NCBI GenBank assembly: GCA_037379345.1
Contig: CM074515.1
Span: 3,782,001 to 3,846,000, forward strand
Source: Perna viridis
Lineage: Eukaryota
DNA length: 64,000 nt
Reading direction: 5' to 3'
Shown here: piece after piece, positions 27,801 to 38,226 of the stretch
How the letters are laid out: every line of letters starts with the position of its first letter
Numbering within the stretch: the first letter of the stretch is position 1
Translations under genes and position numbers: made by a program
The notes under the pieces: generated by a model
The model's input: only the letters and a program-made list of their open reading frames with translations
What the model was told of the DNA's origin: nothing
Database searches by the model: none

Positions 27801-30800
27801 ATTCAGGTAAAATTGATTACATTTGAAACTATGGTTGAAGGAATTTCTTTCATGTACTGTTATTATTGTTGATAAATGTTAAGAACAAAAGAATCGTGAA
27901 AATTGGCAGGTCTATTGGTCCATGTGAGTAGTCAAGGATGTTATAAATCCTCATTATTATCAGTCTATGGTGGTGATTGTATCATTTCATGAAGGTTGCT
28001 GGCTGAGACTGAACTCTGGATATGTGCATTATTGAAAAATATGCCTTGCAAAAAATTTTTGGAATGTTATGATTTGAAATTTTTCTCATCTTCTTAAACA
28101 GCAAGGTTACCCTTTTATTAGTACCATCTCAATCCAAGTTTGTCTTTACCTGTACAATTGAAGAACTTAAATTTCTTTTTAGCTCACCTGGCCAAAGGCC
28201 AGGTGAGCTATTGCCATCACTTGGCGTCCGTTGTTGTCATTGTCTGTCGTCATGGTTAACAATTATACAGAACTCTTCTCCTCTGAGACTACTTGACCAA
28301 TTGTAACCAAATATGGTATGAATGTTTCTTGGGGTATCCTGCATAGAACTGATATGGGGATTTTTGATTCCTCAAAAAACATGGCTGCCGTTACTAAAAA
28401 TAGAACATAGAGGTCAGACAGTAGTTTTTCACATATATCTCCAAAACCATTAGGTTTAGCAAAATTCTTTCAGTAGCTGAAATGATCCACATTATTATGA
28501 CTACAAAAATCTTCAGGGATAAAAGTTGTCAGATGACTCCTTGTAAGAGTTATTGCCCTTGAAAGGGGAAAAATGACTCCTTTTTTAACAGTTTTCAGTC
28601 AATGTCTTGAAAACTATGATAGATTAAAAGAAACTTTCAATTGTTGAGAAGATCTTATGATAAGTCCAACCGAAGAATCCTTGAGTCAAAATTGTTGGAC
28701 AACTTCTCGTTAAATTTATTGCCTTTGAAAGGCAAAATTCAATCAGGTGAGTGATGCAGGCTCCTGGGAGCCTCTTGTTTGTTTGTGTTTTTGATTTTAT
28801 GTATAAACAGCTTTTAATGAAATGAATTTTAGTGTTTTATTTATTGTAACACCTGTGTAAACAAACCATGCACTTAATGTAATGTTGTCTCTTTGTATAT
28901 TATTTGTAAATGAGATGTGATGCCTTATCAGTCATAGGGATTTTGTAAGATGCAGGGTTTTGTTAATTTATACCAAATCAAGGTTTTTAAAAAATGCGAG
29001 TTTTGTGATCTGACACCCCATGGGGAACTTTTTTTATAAGTACATTTTCATTTTTTATTACTTCCTTCTAGGGCCAACCATTACAGGACCTGAACTCATT
29101 GAACTTCAGTCAAGGAGTAACTTCTCTGACCACCAGTCTTCCAAGTACTTCAATGCAGAATATACTTCCTACAAGGTACAGAAATGTAGAATACATCTTT
29201 CAAAATAAAGGAAAGATTACTGATCCTCTCAAACACTGTTAATGACAAGAAATGTGGTTTTCATACTTTGTCAGATGTCCAAATTCATGACTGAGATATC
29301 AACTTTGACATTTTTGAATTAAAAAATATGAACCTTTTGTAAAACATAGGCAAGATATTTAGAAAAAAATATATATGTATGTTTCCTGGAAATGTTGTTT
29401 TGTACTGACTTGCAGGGATTGTTCTACATTAAAGAAGGAACTGTTTTCAAAACTCATTGAACTTTCTATGATATTTATGGCTTTGTTCCAATGATATTAA
29501 CAACTTTTCTGACAAGTTGTGTATTTTTTCAGTGATGTTACTATATTGGAGGCAGAGGAAGCAGAAACTGTAGACAAGGACACCCCAGCTGACCCTACCC
29601 AGGGGAATGAATCCACCCAGAAAGATGATGAGGATGGGGCTAGACAGTATCAGTGTACTGAATGTGACAAATCCTATAAGAAATCCTCGCATCTCAAACA
29701 ACACATGAGATCACATACAGGTACAGTGAATGACAAAAAAATCCTACCACCTCTAACAACACATGAGATCACATACTTATCACAAAAAAAAAACAACAAA
29801 AAAACGAATCATGTCACATGCAGGTATAGTGAAGAACAAAAAATCTCAAACAACACATGAGGTCACACACAGGTATAGTGAAGGATAAGGAATCCTCCAG
29901 TCTCAAATAACACATGATATTACATACTGGTAATGTGAATAAATTACATTGTCAAATATTATATAATATATGTTCATTAAATGGGGGCAGTTAACCCTGT
30001 AATTTGAAGTTAGCTGATAATCTAGAATTAACCAGATATATAGCTTGATGAATTTGAAATTTGTAGTAATTTTCAGTAGGTTAAATGTAACCAGCAAATG
30101 AGAAAAGAGAGCATTTGATATTTAGCTTGTGGGTAGACCACCTTCTGATGTGGAGACACATAACATTGTTGGTGATCTTTGACCTGAAAGCCGAACTAGT
30201 GCTCTACCACAGGGCACTCAAGAGATGGCTTTGATCTCAGTGATTTCAAGTTCAAATTAAAATAGTAAGCTTTGCTAATTCCAATTTAAATGCTTTTTTT
30301 CAATATTTTTTTTAGGAGAACGACCATACCCATGTAGCCTATGTAAAAAGTCATTCATATCAGCCAGTATACTGAAGGCTCATATAAAGACACATGATGG
30401 TGCTAAAGACTTTACATGTCCTGTCTGTAAGGCAGATTTCACAACAAATGGCTCCCTTGTACGTCACATGACTATCCATGAGAGGACAAGATCACAGAAG
30501 TGTCCGTATTGTGAGGAATCATTTAGGTCACACAACATGCTGAAACGTCATATTAAAACTCACAGTGATGGTAACCATTTTTTGACCAAAATTTGATTGA
30601 AGTTTGTAAATTGACCATTGGTCAACATCTTTTGGTTGTTTTAAAATTACAAAATAACTGTAAGGATACCTTTTATTTATAGAGTTTTCAATGATTGGTG
30701 AATATGATTTTTGCTTCCTTTTGGTAATCAAATCTTTTACCAGTCATGTTCAACTTATGTCACAACATCACTCTAGTGGCATTTATGTAATTGTATAACA

Positions 30801-33800
30801 CTTATTCTAAATTCAGATGACTTAATTGAATTGGCCCATTCATTACCTCCACAAATTATTCAAGCAAAATCATTAATTATAAATTACAGTGATAGAAGAA
30901 GACATTGCATTAAACAAACGACCTAAAGCTGTAATGGCTCTAGTGGAGGAAGAACCTGTAGTAGAAGAAACAACAAAGGAAGAAGATCTTATTACTATTT
31001 CTAAGAAGATATTAGTAGAATCTTCATCAGAGAAAAGTAAAGTGGTTGGAGACAAGGTAATTACTCTGATTGATATTACTGTTTTTTTTCTGGACTATAA
31101 GTCGTTATTTTTTTTCAAGACTTCTACTTATATAAGGATTTTTCAAGGAAAAATGTTCATCTACATATCTATCATTAGATTTGTTTAGTTCATTTTTTAA
31201 TGCTTTCATTCAAAATTATGGGCAAACTGCAATCAATGGAAGCCGTCACTCACTCAAAGCGGCAATCGAACTTGAAGATTATTGATCAGTGCAGCTATCC
31301 TTTATGAATAAATACGAAGATGTTAATGAAAACATCAAAATATATGAACAAAGTCCAGAAGACATGTTAAAAAAACTTTTTTACTGGTTAGACATTATCA
31401 AGTGTTCCAGAGTTATCGGTTCTTTAATATGCAAATTTATATCCATTTATGGTATGTCGTTACACATTTGCATGTAGCTCAAATTATAATCAGTTAAAGT
31501 GTTATCTAAATGGCTAATTGCAACCAAATTTAAATGTAAGAATTTTTTTATTGTATTTCGAAATACGGAGTAATGTTGTTTATTAATTACTGCTGATAAT
31601 TATGACCTATTCATCAAACTAATTTTGCCCTAATTTCACACCAGATTGGGTGCCCACGCTTGACTTGTTTACGATTTTGTACACCTGATAATCTAAGGCT
31701 TCAGAGCAATTGATATGCAATTCAAAAAAAGTAATTGAACTTGCGGACATAGTACATTTTACCAAATATACAAGTATTAATTTAATTGAGAAATACTATA
31801 CAAAGTAACATTGCTGGAATAATATGCTGTGAAAATCAAACCACTCAACTCAGATCTCCGCTGACACCTACAATATAAATACTCACATCTGACCCATGAC
31901 TAATCTTGCAAATTTGACTTATCTGTGTTTTTTTCATCGATTTAGGTCAAAATTAGGCAATTAGACTTATACTCACATCGACTTCAGTCTGGAAAATATG
32001 GTACCTGTAAAACTTCTGCTTATCTCCCTTTGACTGGACATTAATGTATATATAATCGAGATAGTAACTTGATTGTATTTGAATTCATAGAACTAGAATC
32101 CAATTTGTATTAATGTTCTATTTTCAGATGATCTCTACAAGAGAGAGTGGAGAGCATTACCCAAAACATGCCCATCAGTGTATTCACTGTCCTAAAAGTT
32201 TTAAGAAACCAAGTGACCTTGTCAGACATATCAGAATACATACTGGTGAAAAACCATTTAAATGTAATGTGTGTGCTAAATCTTTTACTGTAAAGTCCAC
32301 ACTAGATAGTCACATGAGGACACATCAGAATTGTAAGTATATTGCTGCCAATTCACTGTGTATGTACAATTATTAACTATCTACATGTTGGAACACTGCA
32401 GATTATGAATATACATATAATTATTTTTTAAAGTGTCACTGATACAATACTTGCATAAATATCCACAGAGAAATCTCTGCATCTTGAATGTGTCAGCATC
32501 AGCATTTGAATTCCATCATCTTTTCTGTTAAAATAATTACTGTGGAATCTACTCCACTGTTAAGTGTAAAAGAAGTACTTTTCAGAATTATCAGAAGCCA
32601 TTCAAAACCACATAGCAATATTCATACTATATTATGGTCATGGTGATTAGACTTCTGAATAAAATTGACTAACAATATTATAATGAATCATATTTTTAGC
32701 ATCCAAAAACTACAAGTGCCATGTTTGTACTGCCATGTTTGCTACAAAAGGAAGTTTGAAAGTTCATATGAGATTACACACAGGAGCTAAACCATTCAAA
32801 TGTCCACACTGTGATCAGAGATTCAGAACTTCTGGAAACCGTAAAAGTCATGTTCTACAACATTTCAAATCTGAACCCTTAAAACGCAGGAAGCCAAGAG
32901 AAACAATAGAAACTAGTGGTACCATTGAAAATGTTGATCTAGTGCCAAATGATGTTCAAAATGTGATGACAATAAACCAGAACAACGGGAGTCAAGTAAT
33001 AGCCGTTGATCAAAGTATGTTGGGTGCTCAGAACTTACTCCCTGTGTCACTTACGGTACAGCCTGAAGCTGCTCTTACAAACTCTGGATTGTCAGAAAGT
33101 GCTCTTGCCACACAAGTACTACAAGGTCTTGAAGGCATTCAGCTACAGTTAACTGGTAATCAAGGACTACAAATTACAGGACTAGACCCAAATATCTTCT
33201 CACAAACTGTACAGATTGATGCTAACTTGTTACAGCAGCTTCAACAACAAGGGAACATCAATATTACTATCAACCCAAGTCTACTGACACAGACATTACA
33301 AACAGCTGATCCTAATGTCATACAGAATGTACATGTCCAGCAAGATCCTAACATCATAGTACAGCCAATGTCAACCATTACTGTACCAGAGGGACAGAGT
33401 TTGTTGACTACATCAGGGGCTGTTATGTCTGATAGTGCTCCAAATGCCTTTGTTGTGTCAGGTGATGGAACAATTCCCACTGATCAGGTATGGGATACTA
33501 ACATCCTGGTGTTAATTATGTATAATGAAATTGTATTATTTTACATTAGAAATGCAAAAAAAGGTTTGAATACTAACCATGATTCCTTTATTCTAAATTT
33601 TTTTAGTTGTATACTAAAATACTAATGCATGAAGGAATAGCTAAAGTGGCAGAAAGTAAGAATTTTTACACCACTTATGTTGTGATATGTTGTTAATGTT
33701 GTTCATTTACAAACTACAGATAACTGTGACACAGACTAGCATGACAGAAGTTGAGGGTATAGATGATATTACAACTGTTGATGATACAAACGAGGAAGAG

Positions 33801-35976
33801 GATGGTGTTGACCTTGACACTAGTCTGGATGACAACCTAAATGGTGAGGACAATGGTCTTTTACAGCATGGTATAAACCATGACAATCTAACCCATGGAA
33901 GTCAGTCAGCAAACATCAATCTACAGGATGTGTCATCTCAGGTAGTTAATCCTGTTACTGGGGAGAAGAATGATGATGAACTCAGGATGTTTAAATGTGC
34001 AGTAAGTAAAATTAAAAACATAGATGAAGGCAAATAAAATTATATGTCATGGAAAAAAATCATTCCCATTTTCAGAAACAGCAGGAATACATACATGTAA
34101 CAATAGAATAATTAGTAAACTTTAGACACATACACTTACAGTCTGTCTCAAGTAAGGTTTACATAACCTACTGGTAATGAATTAGTCTAGATGTATAATG
34201 GTATACCATTGTCTGTCCCTTTACCCTGGGCACAATTACTTACTCTTAGATTGTTTTTTTAACAAATGTTAGCTCCCATTCTGTTTTTATAAAGTTCTGG
34301 GACTTAATTCGTGCAAAATAGGATGGAAGATGCTTTTAGCAATTTCCATGTAAATTTGAAAAAAAACTTTATTTCTAAACGTATAGTGTCTTTCGATTTT
34401 TATAAATTTCAAATTTTACATTTATCAAGTTATACAAGATAAATTTTCAAGATCCTCATTTAATATTTCATGCAGAAATGCATTTTGTTGAGGCATATAT
34501 TATTTTTATTTAGGTGGGGGGGGGCACCTGGGGTAATCTAGTTGAGCAATCCTTTAAATCTCCAATTTTTCAATAATGAAATTATTGATTTTAAACATAA
34601 AAACGGGTTTAAAGAGGACAGGTATATCTTGTGCAGCTCTTTATTTAATTTGGTTTTTTGTTGTAACATTCTTATTTAATTTTCTGTTCTAAAATTATTT
34701 TTCACAGATGTGTGATAAAGCATTCAAGAGATCGGGACATTTAAAGGAGCACATGGTATTACACACACCTGAAGCAAAGAACCGACCTAGACCTCCAGGC
34801 AATTATAAATGTCAACATTGTAATAAAGCTTTCCAGAAACCTAGTCAGTTAGAAAGACATATCAGAATACATACAGGTAAGTGACACTTGTATATTACAC
34901 CTGTTTCAATTTGTTCATGTGTTTATACCACCTCATGTCAAGATTTGTTACTTGCAGGTTGGAAAATGAGAATATTAAAATGTGGACTTCTAAAACACAT
35001 TGTAATGGGTCTGGAAGGCTGATATACATGTATATATACTTATATTATAGTCTCTGTTTTATAACCTTATCACAGTCATCTTCAAGAGAAAAATAAAATC
35101 AATGATAACAATCTTAATCAGCCGTTCTTTAAGGAAATCTGTAATAAATAGTGATGTTTCCTCAACATAGAAGTGTAATCCTACATTTAGAGCTTTATTT
35201 ATTTACTTTCATTTGTTAGTAATGATTATAATGAAAGTTGCAACAAAGGCTGGAGTTTTCAAAACAAAAAAAAAATCTTATTTTAGCTTTACCAGATTTT
35301 CTTATCTCACCAATGAAGAGATTGCCCCATCTTGCAATCACACAGGTGTTGAACATGTTTCTTGCTATTAGGAGATCAACGGCTTTGCTTTAAATCTTGA
35401 TGATGCATTTATTTAGTTGCATGCACATTTTTTTAGTGTTTTATTTTTACCTTTAAAACACCATTTACTGTTTTTTTATTTTGACAATTTATTATGTGTG
35501 AGGATAGTTTTTTAATGAAGAAGAACTTAGCTCTTGTGAATAGAAATGCCTTACATGTTCTTCATCTAAAATAGCCATGAACACAATATAAAATATCAGC
35601 AAAATTAATTGTGATGCACTTACACAGGGAATTCTTTTAATTGTTTTTTTTTCTTTTCACAGGTGAGAGGCCATTTGTATGTGATGTCTGTAGTAAATCA
35701 TTTAACCAAAAGAATGCCTTACAAATTCATATGAAGAAACATAGTGGAGAAAAACCACACAAATGTTCATATTGTGACTTGTCGTTTGTCCAGAAAGGCA
35801 ACTTGAAAACTCACATCAAACGTGCCCATCATATTGACATGGTGCACTCTATGAATCTCCCTAAGTTCTATATGCCTGCCACAGGTGCTAATGTTAACAT
35901 TAGTACAGATGGAGAGTCCAGGGATGAAGATGGAATAAACTATGATGAAATGGCTGACTTGATGAATGTGATATGA
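15340..35976 (+). CDS. ZNF236: Zinc finger protein 236 orthologue, 24 coding exons, ~1797 aa, 29 C2H2 fingers
   Basis: Hand-built GT-AG model with consistent phases: join(15340-15391,17142-17455,17839-18138,19637-19776,20128-20255,20495-20652,21430-21555,21817-21975,22473-22697,23084-23342,24771-24965,25519-25665,26074-26323,27104-27335,27570-27806,29072-29175,29533-29720,30316-30570,30890-31056,32128-32332,32700-33487,33720-34001,34708-34876,35663-35976) = 5394 nt, no internal stop. It contains segments I recall from vertebrate ZNF236: [116 protein letters not shown]. Identity is from memory, not BLAST. Confidence 0.93.
17142..17455 (+). CDS. ZNF236: ZNF236 exon 2 (Q/E-rich, polyQ)
   Basis: TTGTAG acceptor; [10 protein letters not shown]...KPPVGK; AAG|GTACAT donor. 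Confidence 0.85.
17839..18138 (+). CDS. ZNF236: ZNF236 exon 3 (ZF1-3, start of ZF4)
   Basis: [12 protein letters not shown]...[11 protein letters not shown]; TTTTAG acceptor, CAG|GTATTA donor. Confidence 0.95.
18227..19102 (-). mobile_element. Decayed pearl/HINE-like element in ZNF236 intron 3, internal ~140-bp repeats
   Basis: On -: AAATAAAATACTTTGCTGGGAGCAGCTTGAT start and GATGACAACGATGCC...TATAAAA end; recurring CAAGGTNCYATAC...AAGG motif; same family as 61500-61911. Confidence 0.6.
19229..19310 (+). repeat. 32-bp tandem repeat, ~2.6 copies
   Basis: TCCCAAAGATGGCAGTTATTGTACATGTATAC. Confidence 0.85.
19637..19776 (+). CDS. ZNF236: ZNF236 exon 4 (end of ZF4, ZF5)
   Basis: [16 protein letters not shown]...CKQCNMKF...EHMKQHYKI; completes the finger split by intron 3. 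Confidence 0.92.
20128..20255 (+). CDS. ZNF236: ZNF236 exon 5 (ZF6)
   Basis: [42 protein letters not shown]. Confidence 0.95.
20495..20652 (+). CDS. ZNF236: ZNF236 exon 6 (ZF7, ZF8)
   Basis: [23 protein letters not shown]...[11 protein letters not shown]. Confidence 0.95.
21430..21555 (+). CDS. ZNF236: ZNF236 exon 7 (ZF9)
   Basis: RVHTLP...[28 protein letters not shown]; GTAAGT donor. Confidence 0.93.
21817..21975 (+). CDS. ZNF236: ZNF236 exon 8 (linker)
   Basis: EISLPND...[11 protein letters not shown]...DSK; phase 0/0, open frame. Confidence 0.82.
22473..22697 (+). CDS. ZNF236: ZNF236 exon 9 (linker)
   Basis: [15 protein letters not shown]...KKHIIRK. Confidence 0.9.
23084..23342 (+). 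CDS. ZNF236: ZNF236 exon 10 (ZF10-12)
   Basis: [34 protein letters not shown]...[14 protein letters not shown]. Confidence 0.96.
24771..24965 (+). CDS. ZNF236: ZNF236 exon 11 (ZF13)
   Basis: [29 protein letters not shown]...[13 protein letters not shown]. Confidence 0.95.
25519..25665 (+). CDS. ZNF236: ZNF236 exon 12 (ZF14)
   Basis: GLIQQPPRN...[27 protein letters not shown]. Confidence 0.95.
26074..26323 (+). CDS. ZNF236: ZNF236 exon 13 (ZF15-17)
   Basis: [14 protein letters not shown]...[14 protein letters not shown]. Confidence 0.96.
27104..27335 (+). CDS. ZNF236: ZNF236 exon 14 (acidic/Q linker)
   Basis: [14 protein letters not shown]...QQTLNHQ; phase 2/0. Confidence 0.88.
27570..27806 (+). 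CDS. ZNF236: ZNF236 exon 15 (Q/N-rich linker)
   Basis: [17 protein letters not shown]...NSFQIQ; phase 0/0. Confidence 0.85.
28176..28780 (-). mobile_element. pearl/HINE-like non-autonomous element in ZNF236 intron 15
   Basis: Perfect hairpin AGCTCACCTGGCC-AAA-GGCCAGGTGAGCT (28181-28209); sub-terminal CAGGTGAG; palindromic GGCTCC..GGAGCC end; T-rich flanks; long homology to 63173-64000. Confidence 0.75.
29072..29175 (+). CDS. ZNF236: ZNF236 exon 16 (linker)
   Basis: [15 protein letters not shown]...NILPT; needed to bridge phase 0 to phase 2. Confidence 0.82.
29533..29720 (+). CDS. ZNF236: ZNF236 exon 17 (ZF18)
   Basis: DVTILEAEE...[24 protein letters not shown]. Confidence 0.93.
29678..29940 (+). 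repeat. Tandem degenerate copies of the exon 17 3' end plus 5' splice site
   Basis: AAATCC...TCTCAAACAACACATGAGATCACATACAG|GTAYAGTGAA recurs about five times. Confidence 0.85.
30316..30570 (+). CDS. ZNF236: ZNF236 exon 18 (ZF19-21)
   Basis: [14 protein letters not shown]...TTNGSLVRH...[15 protein letters not shown]. Confidence 0.95.
30890..31056 (+). CDS. ZNF236: ZNF236 exon 19 (linker)
   Basis: [13 protein letters not shown]...[20 protein letters not shown]. Confidence 0.88.
31079..32001. mobile_element. Non-autonomous Tc1/mariner-type (pogo/Tigger-like) element with TA TSD in ZNF236 intron 19
   Basis: TA|CTGTTTTTTTTCTGGACTATAAGTCG ... CGACTTCAGTCTGGAAAATATGG|TA imperfect TIRs; no transposase ORF; more CpG than the flanking gene body. 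Confidence 0.72.
32128..32332 (+). CDS. ZNF236: ZNF236 exon 20 (ZF22-23)
   Basis: [30 protein letters not shown]...[13 protein letters not shown]. Confidence 0.96.
32700..33487 (+). CDS. ZNF236: ZNF236 exon 21 (ZF24-25, Q/L-rich region)
   Basis: [19 protein letters not shown]...RTSGNRKSH...IPTDQ; CAG|GTATGG donor. Confidence 0.94.
33720..34001 (+). CDS. ZNF236: ZNF236 exon 22 (acidic, start of ZF26)
   Basis: ITVTQTS...ELRMFKCA; GTAAGT donor. Confidence 0.9.
34708..34876 (+). CDS. ZNF236: ZNF236 exon 23 (ZF26-27)
   Basis: [15 protein letters not shown]...[22 protein letters not shown]. Confidence 0.95.
35663..35976 (+). CDS. ZNF236: ZNF236 exon 24 (ZF28-29, stop)
   Basis: [10 protein letters not shown]...[14 protein letters not shown]...DLMNVI-TGA. 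Confidence 0.95.
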
Positions 35977-37368
35977 ATTGTGATTTCTACTCTTTTTGTA
36001 CTTTTTATTTATAAGTGCTGTTTTTGGTTGAATTATGAGGGAATTTTTATGTCAGTAAATTTTTATGTCATTAAGATACCATTTAGAACTACTTTAAATT
36101 CAAAGTTCTTTTGTGCATTTATTAGTTTCAAGAAGTGAGGTGTTTTAATTATGCAATATTTGGGAAAAACAGTACATCCTTTGATGAAAATCCACAATAT
36201 GAGTTTTAATTTCAGTGATTGCATTTTCTAATTATCTTCTTAAAAAGAACAATATTGGAAGTTACTACAGCATGTAAAGACATTTTAACCTGCTTAGAGT
36301 CTGGAATTTTACAAAGTTTGAATGAAAGCTTAAAAAAAATGCCTTGTGCACACAACTTTTAGGCAACAGTTCATGTAGAAACCAGGCAGTTCCTGTGATG
36401 GTAAATTTTGTCCCATGGAATTTTTTGTTCCAATGTAATGTTTATATCATATATATGTCCAGTAGTACAAAGATTGATTTTAAAATTAACAGTGGATGGC
36501 TCAAAAAATGATTTTACAGGTTTTAAAAAAAAAGCAACAATATTTTGCACAAAGTGAAAGAGTTATCTCCCTTTTTCAATGAAATTTCAATGCTTTCTAT
36601 GTAATTTATTTCTCTTTAACCATTGCAGTTAAACAAAACCAACATTCAACTTTGAGAAAGGATGCATTTGTGATATGAAAAAGATAAATATTTTTTAGAA
36701 CAAAATTTATCATGCGCCACTCACTGCTTGGTTTTTGCATGGACCCCCTCTTAACTCCTATCATTGTTTATCAGTTGTTCTCACTACTTTCTGATATTGT
36801 TGTATCCCGAGCTACTGCTGCCATACTAAAACAAATTAGAAATGTTATGTCAAGTTGACTGTGACGTACCCAGTAGGAAGCATAACACCAGTTTTAATTA
36901 TCTTGACATCAAAATTACTGTTATTCTGTATTTACCTGCAGTTTTGGATATGTATGTGTGTTTACTTAGGTGATAAGTCAGTAACTCCACTGTTATTACA
37001 CTTTAGAAGAAAATTTTGGTATTGTCTCCCCTTGATTGCTAGATTTGTTCAGTGTTTTACAGCTTGTCAAGTGTTTAAGTTTGACATTGTATAACTGGGA
37101 ATTTTTCTGTCTTTTTAGAACTGTGAGGTTGAAATTTCTATTGATATATTAAAACTTTTGTTTTTGCAAGATTCTTGTTGGTGGTTCTATTGATGATTAC
37201 ATCACCATTGAAATCTTTCATCTTTTTATGTATTCTTATCTATGATAAATAACGTATATATTTCTTTTTTATTGGGAGAAGTTTTTATTAATTGTATGTT
37301 GCTGTTCAGAATGTGAAATGATGACATCTTGTTTGAATATGTTAATGTTTGAAGTCAATCTTATTTGT

Positions 37369-37546
37369 AATAAAATATTTGCAGTACAGGAAATACTTAT
37401 TTTGCCTATGCTGCATTTTTTGACATGGAAGCTGCCAATTGTAGAGCAAAACACTGAATACTCATTAGACAAACATGGAAGAATTTACTTATCTGCCTAG
37501 TACTCAGAGCAAAACATTGAGTAACTTGTATGAAGGATATAATAAA
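37369..37546 (+). terminator. Candidate ZNF236 polyadenylation signals (AATAAA at 37369 and 37541)
   Basis: T-rich sense strand after the stop (3'UTR-like) ends near here; two AATAAA hexamers. Confidence 0.4.
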
Positions 37547-37671
37547 AAGAATACACACCTGAAAGTTTCACTGATAAGGTTCAGATCCTTCTAATACATT
37601 TTGTTTGGTGGTTAAAGATTTGGTGTGAATGTCCTAATCTCAATGACATTCATTCCATACCTTTGTTTAAC

Positions 37672-37910
37672 TTTATAGCTGATCTGATCTGAAAGAAAGA
37701 ACATTGTTTAGCTAGATCCTTTAATCTCAGTTTCCGCTATAGAGATGACATTATAGTTAAACAATCCTAGTATCAGGGATTTGATACATCGCATCTACCC
37801 CAAAGAACTTGAGATAAAGGATATTACAGACACTATGAAGTCAGCCTCATGTCTTGACCTTCACTTAGAGATCAATGGTAAAGGAAAACTATTGACCAAA
37901 CTTCATGACA
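37672..37910 (+). mobile_element. Decayed Penelope-like retroelement reverse-transcriptase fragment
   Basis: FIADLI*KKEHCLARSFNLSFRYRDD (FRYIDD motif mutated), then a frameshift, then LNNPS..DLIHRIYPKELEIKDITDTMKSASCLDLHLEINGKGKLLTKLHD, matching the bivalve PLE RT C-terminal pattern from memory. Confidence 0.82.
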
Positions 37911-37912
37911 CA

Positions 37913-37985
37913 GTGTCTGATGCTATGGTTGATTTAGTTATGACTGATGTTATGGTTGATTACATTGTGACTGATGCTAGGATTT
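37913..37985 (+). repeat. 27-bp tandem repeat (~2.6 copies) at the PLE fragment breakpoint
   Basis: TGWCTGATGYTATGGTTGATT... units. Confidence 0.75.
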
Positions 37986-38186
37986 TGTTCTGGACATTTA
38001 TTGTGGTTGATACTTTAAATTTGTGTTGGACTTCCTGTGATAGTTTCACAAATTTTAAATATAATGGGATTTTAATTATGAAAACAAATAGTTTGATTGG
38101 CCCAATCTTCAACCAAACTAAGATGATGCATGTTTGTAAGCTTAATCAACACTTGAAAGAATGACATTTTTAGGTCCACACAGACA

Positions 38187-38226
38187 TTTATTAAACAAAC
38201 TATAGATCTGTTTTAATTCATTTATT
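38187..38226 (-). terminator. Candidate tsh polyadenylation signals (AATAAA on - at 38187-38192 and 38221-38226), implying a ~3.7 kb 3'UTR
   Basis: The plus strand switches to A-rich from ~38.2 kb to the tsh stop; two TTTATT at the switch point. Confidence 0.4.

Noticed and set aside
30165-30225. tRNA or tRNA-derived SINE head on - (CTGTGGTAGAGCAC)
   Set aside because: A-box-like only; no B-box (GTTCGA) and no cloverleaf.
37781-38164. 127-aa ORF as a gene
   Set aside because: Chimera of a dead Penelope-like RT fragment (stop, frameshift, mutated YIDD), a 27-bp repeat and flanking DNA.
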